A stretch of DNA of 53,652 nucleotides from an uncultured Planctomycetia bacterium. GTDB taxonomy: Bacteria > Omnitrophota > Gorgyraeia > 2-01-FULL-45-10. Each line of letters opens with the position of its first letter. Within the stretch, counting starts at the first letter, position 1. This document shows positions 50,301 to 51,566 of this stretch, in pieces. The translations under genes and the position numbers were made by a program. The stretch spans positions 1-53,652 of the forward strand of contig CAYVCD010000002.1 of the NCBI GenBank assembly GCA_964450115.1, read 5' to 3'. The notes under the pieces were generated by a model. That model saw only the letters and a list, made by a program, of their open reading frames with translations, made no database searches and was not told the origin of the DNA.

Positions 50301-51566
50301 AATATTACGGCGCCAGCAGAAACAGCCGAGTCAGATTTAAAAGCACCGCTAAAGATAAGCCTGCCATATGAGCAAATGAAGTATAAATCTATCGGTGCGG
50401 ATAGCCAGGTTTACCGATGGCAGCACGACGGCGAGGATAGGGTGATCAAGGTTTACGGACAGGCAACTCCCGAGCAGATCCGTACCTACCAGGACGTAAC
50501 TTTGCTGGCAAAAAATATTATGGAAAAAGAGACTAGTGATACGGTAAAGATACGCGGCAAAGAATACGCCGTAATTTACGAGGTTGTCCCTATTGACAAT
50601 ATATTTATCGATCAGAAAGGCGTAACCGTAGGAGAGAGCCGTTTTGTGGATGGCCGGTCTCTTATGTGGCTTCGAGACACTGATGCCAGTACGGCGATAA
50701 CAGAATTACTGAAGAAGAGGAATAAAGAGTTTTTCAGGCAAACGGGATGGGGCGGGGTCGTCTTGTTTCAGTCGTGCAATGTTATGATAGATATTTCGCC
50801 TCAAGAGAAGAAGGTGCGGCTGGCCATTACCGATGTATGCCCATCGATAAGCGCATTATCCAATGTCAAGGTAACGACGGCTCCGGAAGGCGGGAGCCTT
50901 TCAGTTGAGCCGGAGCAGTTCTTGCGGAATATTGTTAATACAAAAGAGCTTTCGCAAAACATGATAGAGGGAATACTCTCGGCGCTCTTCTCTAATAAAG
51001 AAGTTACATTTGCTTTCAATAAGAAGCTCAAGGGATTAGAATCGGCTCAGTTAAGGGCATTGGTAAGACAGTTGATCGCCTGGAAGGATGCGACAGGCCA
51101 GAAGAATCCCAGGATGAAGGCATTGCTGGCCAGATTCAATGTTTTCGAATACAACGATCTTAAAAAAGAGCTCGATAGCCGTGGCATAGATGTGAATGCC
51201 GGAAACGGCCTGATATTCGATTATGCTCCAAAACCACAGGACGGATCGGCAAATGCATTCGGTTCCGCGGTGAGGCCGGTCTATATAGTTGAAGAGGGCG
51301 ATTCGTTCCCCGAGAACTACTATTATCCATTACTGGAGATGGTGACTATCTCTGTCGCGAAAGAATTACTGCAGTGGAATGAGAGAGAGCTACGTGAAGC
51401 TCTTGCCGCTTCAAATATCACCGCGGACACATTCGGCATAGATGCGGCTATCGATGAGAAGCTCGGCATCCTCATATTCAAAGTCCTGCCCAAGATGGAG
51501 CGGTACGATAACGGTGATAGAATTGACCGCTACACCCGCCTCCTGCAATTCCTGCATTCAGCTTAA
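26328..51566 (+). CDS. giant multidomain protein 3 (8,412 aa): concatenated sigma factors, HTH arrays and small-molecule enzymes
   Basis: Uninterrupted 25,239-nt frame. GAGGTG Shine-Dalgarno at 26315-26320, 7 nt before ATG 26328, which overlaps the ORF2 stop (ATGCGTAA). The alternative ATG 26424 gives [22 protein letters not shown]. Domain motifs are listed as separate features. Confidence 0.9.
   Translation: [8412 protein letters not shown]
27444..27795 (+). other. duplicated transmembrane hairpin (2 x 66 aa, about four TM helices) in ORF3
   Basis: [49 protein letters not shown] and [49 protein letters not shown], period 198 nt. The layout resembles small 4-TM GtrA-like proteins, but this is unverified. 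Confidence 0.6.
29211..30030 (+). other. complete sigma-70 family module #1 (regions 2-4, RpoD/RpoS-like) embedded in ORF3
   Basis: [62 protein letters not shown] (regions 2.1-2.4), [15 protein letters not shown] (region 3-like), [28 protein letters not shown] (region 4.2 HTH). Confidence 0.88.
31606..32430 (+). other. HAD-IIB (Cof / sugar-phosphate phosphatase-like) domain #1 in ORF3
   Basis: Motif I FDYDGTL, motif II [8 protein letters not shown], motif [13 protein letters not shown]. Confidence 0.8.
32562..33135 (+). other. LOG-family (TIGR00730 / 'lysine decarboxylase-like' nucleotide hydrolase) domain in ORF3
   Basis: [14 protein letters not shown] ... [10 protein letters not shown] ... 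[17 protein letters not shown] (PGGxGTxxE motif at about 32928-32955). Confidence 0.8.
33215..33755 (+). other. second, degenerate LOG-like domain in ORF3
   Basis: Same layout as the preceding domain (AVTVMGQSE ... [20 protein letters not shown] ... [15 protein letters not shown]), but the PGGxGTxxE motif is replaced by PGRAKTLSR. Confidence 0.55.
33789..33863 (+). repeat. junction repeat A, copy 1 ([25 protein letters not shown])
   Basis: 75 nt, 73/75 identical to 35634-35708 and in the same reading frame. Confidence 0.95.
33906..34810 (+). repeat. three tandem ~101-aa coding repeats (period 303 nt)
   Basis: Copies starting at 33906 and 34209 share a ~130-nt near-identical stretch ([35 protein letters not shown].EPG). 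The third copy (from about 34501) is divergent ([34 protein letters not shown]...). Confidence 0.85.
34971..35597 (+). other. sigma-70-like module #2 (divergent region 2 + region 4 HTH) in ORF3
   Basis: [33 protein letters not shown] parallels [32 protein letters not shown] of module #1. Region 4-like [42 protein letters not shown]. Confidence 0.6.
35634..35708 (+). repeat. junction repeat A, copy 2 ([25 protein letters not shown])
   Basis: 73/75 identical to 33789-33863. Together the two copies bracket the 3x101-aa repeat + sigma #2 block. Confidence 0.95.
35847..36955 (+). other. PLP-dependent fold-type II enzyme domain (threonine/serine dehydratase-like) in ORF3
   Basis: [39 protein letters not shown] (PLP-lysine motif SFKIRG at 35935-35952), [16 protein letters not shown], Gly-rich loop [15 protein letters not shown]. 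Confidence 0.8.
37041..37634 (+). other. HAD-IA-type phosphatase domain in ORF3
   Basis: Motif I [9 protein letters not shown], motif [10 protein letters not shown], motif III [10 protein letters not shown], motif [14 protein letters not shown]. Confidence 0.75.
37926..38960 (+). other. glycosyltransferase family 9 (heptosyltransferase-like) domain in ORF3
   Basis: [40 protein letters not shown] (N-terminal GT9 pattern) and [27 protein letters not shown] (C-terminal D(S/T)G..HLAAA.G.P motif). Confidence 0.78.
39513..40470 (+). other. aminoglycoside/choline-kinase-like (APH family) phosphotransferase domain in ORF3
   Basis: [23 protein letters not shown] (nucleotide-binding lobe), catalytic [10 protein letters not shown] (from 40116) and FIDLETSG metal-binding motif. 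Confidence 0.78.
40732..41310 (+). other. Pol-beta-superfamily nucleotidyltransferase domain in ORF3
   Basis: [25 protein letters not shown] (GS ... DxD motif, 40808-40900). Confidence 0.7.
41505..42300 (+). other. HAD-IIB-like phosphatase domain #2 in ORF3
   Basis: [14 protein letters not shown] (same DYDGTL motif I as domain #1), VAIITARN motif II, [14 protein letters not shown] as a divergent motif IV. Confidence 0.65.
42606..43195 (+). other. class I SAM-dependent methyltransferase domain in ORF3
   Basis: [13 protein letters not shown] (motif I-like), VVVTDIL (acidic post-I), [28 protein letters not shown]. Confidence 0.7.
43377..43502 (+). repeat. junction repeat B, copy 1 ([42 protein letters not shown])
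   Basis: 126 nt. A 64-nt core (GCACCGGAGCCCGGTAGTCCGGAAGAGGCGTACCAACGCCAGGTGAATCTGCCGGGGATCGGT) is identical in copy 3 (49035-49160). Confidence 0.95.
45849..46688 (+). repeat. five tandem 168-nt (56-aa) coding repeats, HTH-like units
   Basis: Unit [12 protein letters not shown]..(I/V)SQ.[26 protein letters not shown].S.D. Unit starts AAAATACTG recur at 45849, 46353 and 46521 (multiples of 168). Units 1 and 4 are the most similar at DNA level. Confidence 0.85.
46737..46868 (+). repeat. junction repeat B, copy 2 (divergent: [44 protein letters not shown])
   Basis: Same frame and same flanking logic as copies 1 and 3. PEPGS.EEA and [12 protein letters not shown] are conserved; the middle differs and has two extra codons. 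Confidence 0.85.
46953..48160 (+). repeat. array of five XRE/Cro-type HTH domains in tandem within ORF3
   Basis: Five units of the form (I/V/R)G.R(L/I/M)..(L/A)R.....(S/T)...LA...G(I/F).......(I/V)E.....: [95 protein letters not shown]..., [72 protein letters not shown]. Confidence 0.8.
49035..49160 (+). repeat. junction repeat B, copy 3 ([42 protein letters not shown])
   Basis: Near-identical to copy 1 at nucleotide level (64-nt perfect core, a few substitutions outside it). Confidence 0.95.
49681..50250 (+). other. sigma-70-like module #3 (region 2 + region 4) in ORF3
   Basis: [32 protein letters not shown] (region 2 pattern FD...G..FSTYA) and [15 protein letters not shown]...[32 protein letters not shown] (region 4). 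Confidence 0.68.

Noticed and set aside
1779-51566. Interpretation of the giant ORFs as NRPS/PKS megasynthases or giant adhesins/RTX toxins.
   Set aside because: I saw no condensation (HHxxxDG), adenylation, ketosynthase or carrier-protein (GGxS) motifs and no Ig/cadherin/GGxGxD repeat arrays. The recognisable domains are enzymes and transcription factors.
26328-51566. ORF3 as a pseudogene or an artefactual fusion of many genes by sequencing frameshifts.
   Set aside because: Random fusion would not preserve a single stop-free frame over 8,412 codons, and the junction repeats are in frame. However, the 64-130-nt near-identical internal repeats mean repeat-mediated misassembly cannot be excluded without long reads.
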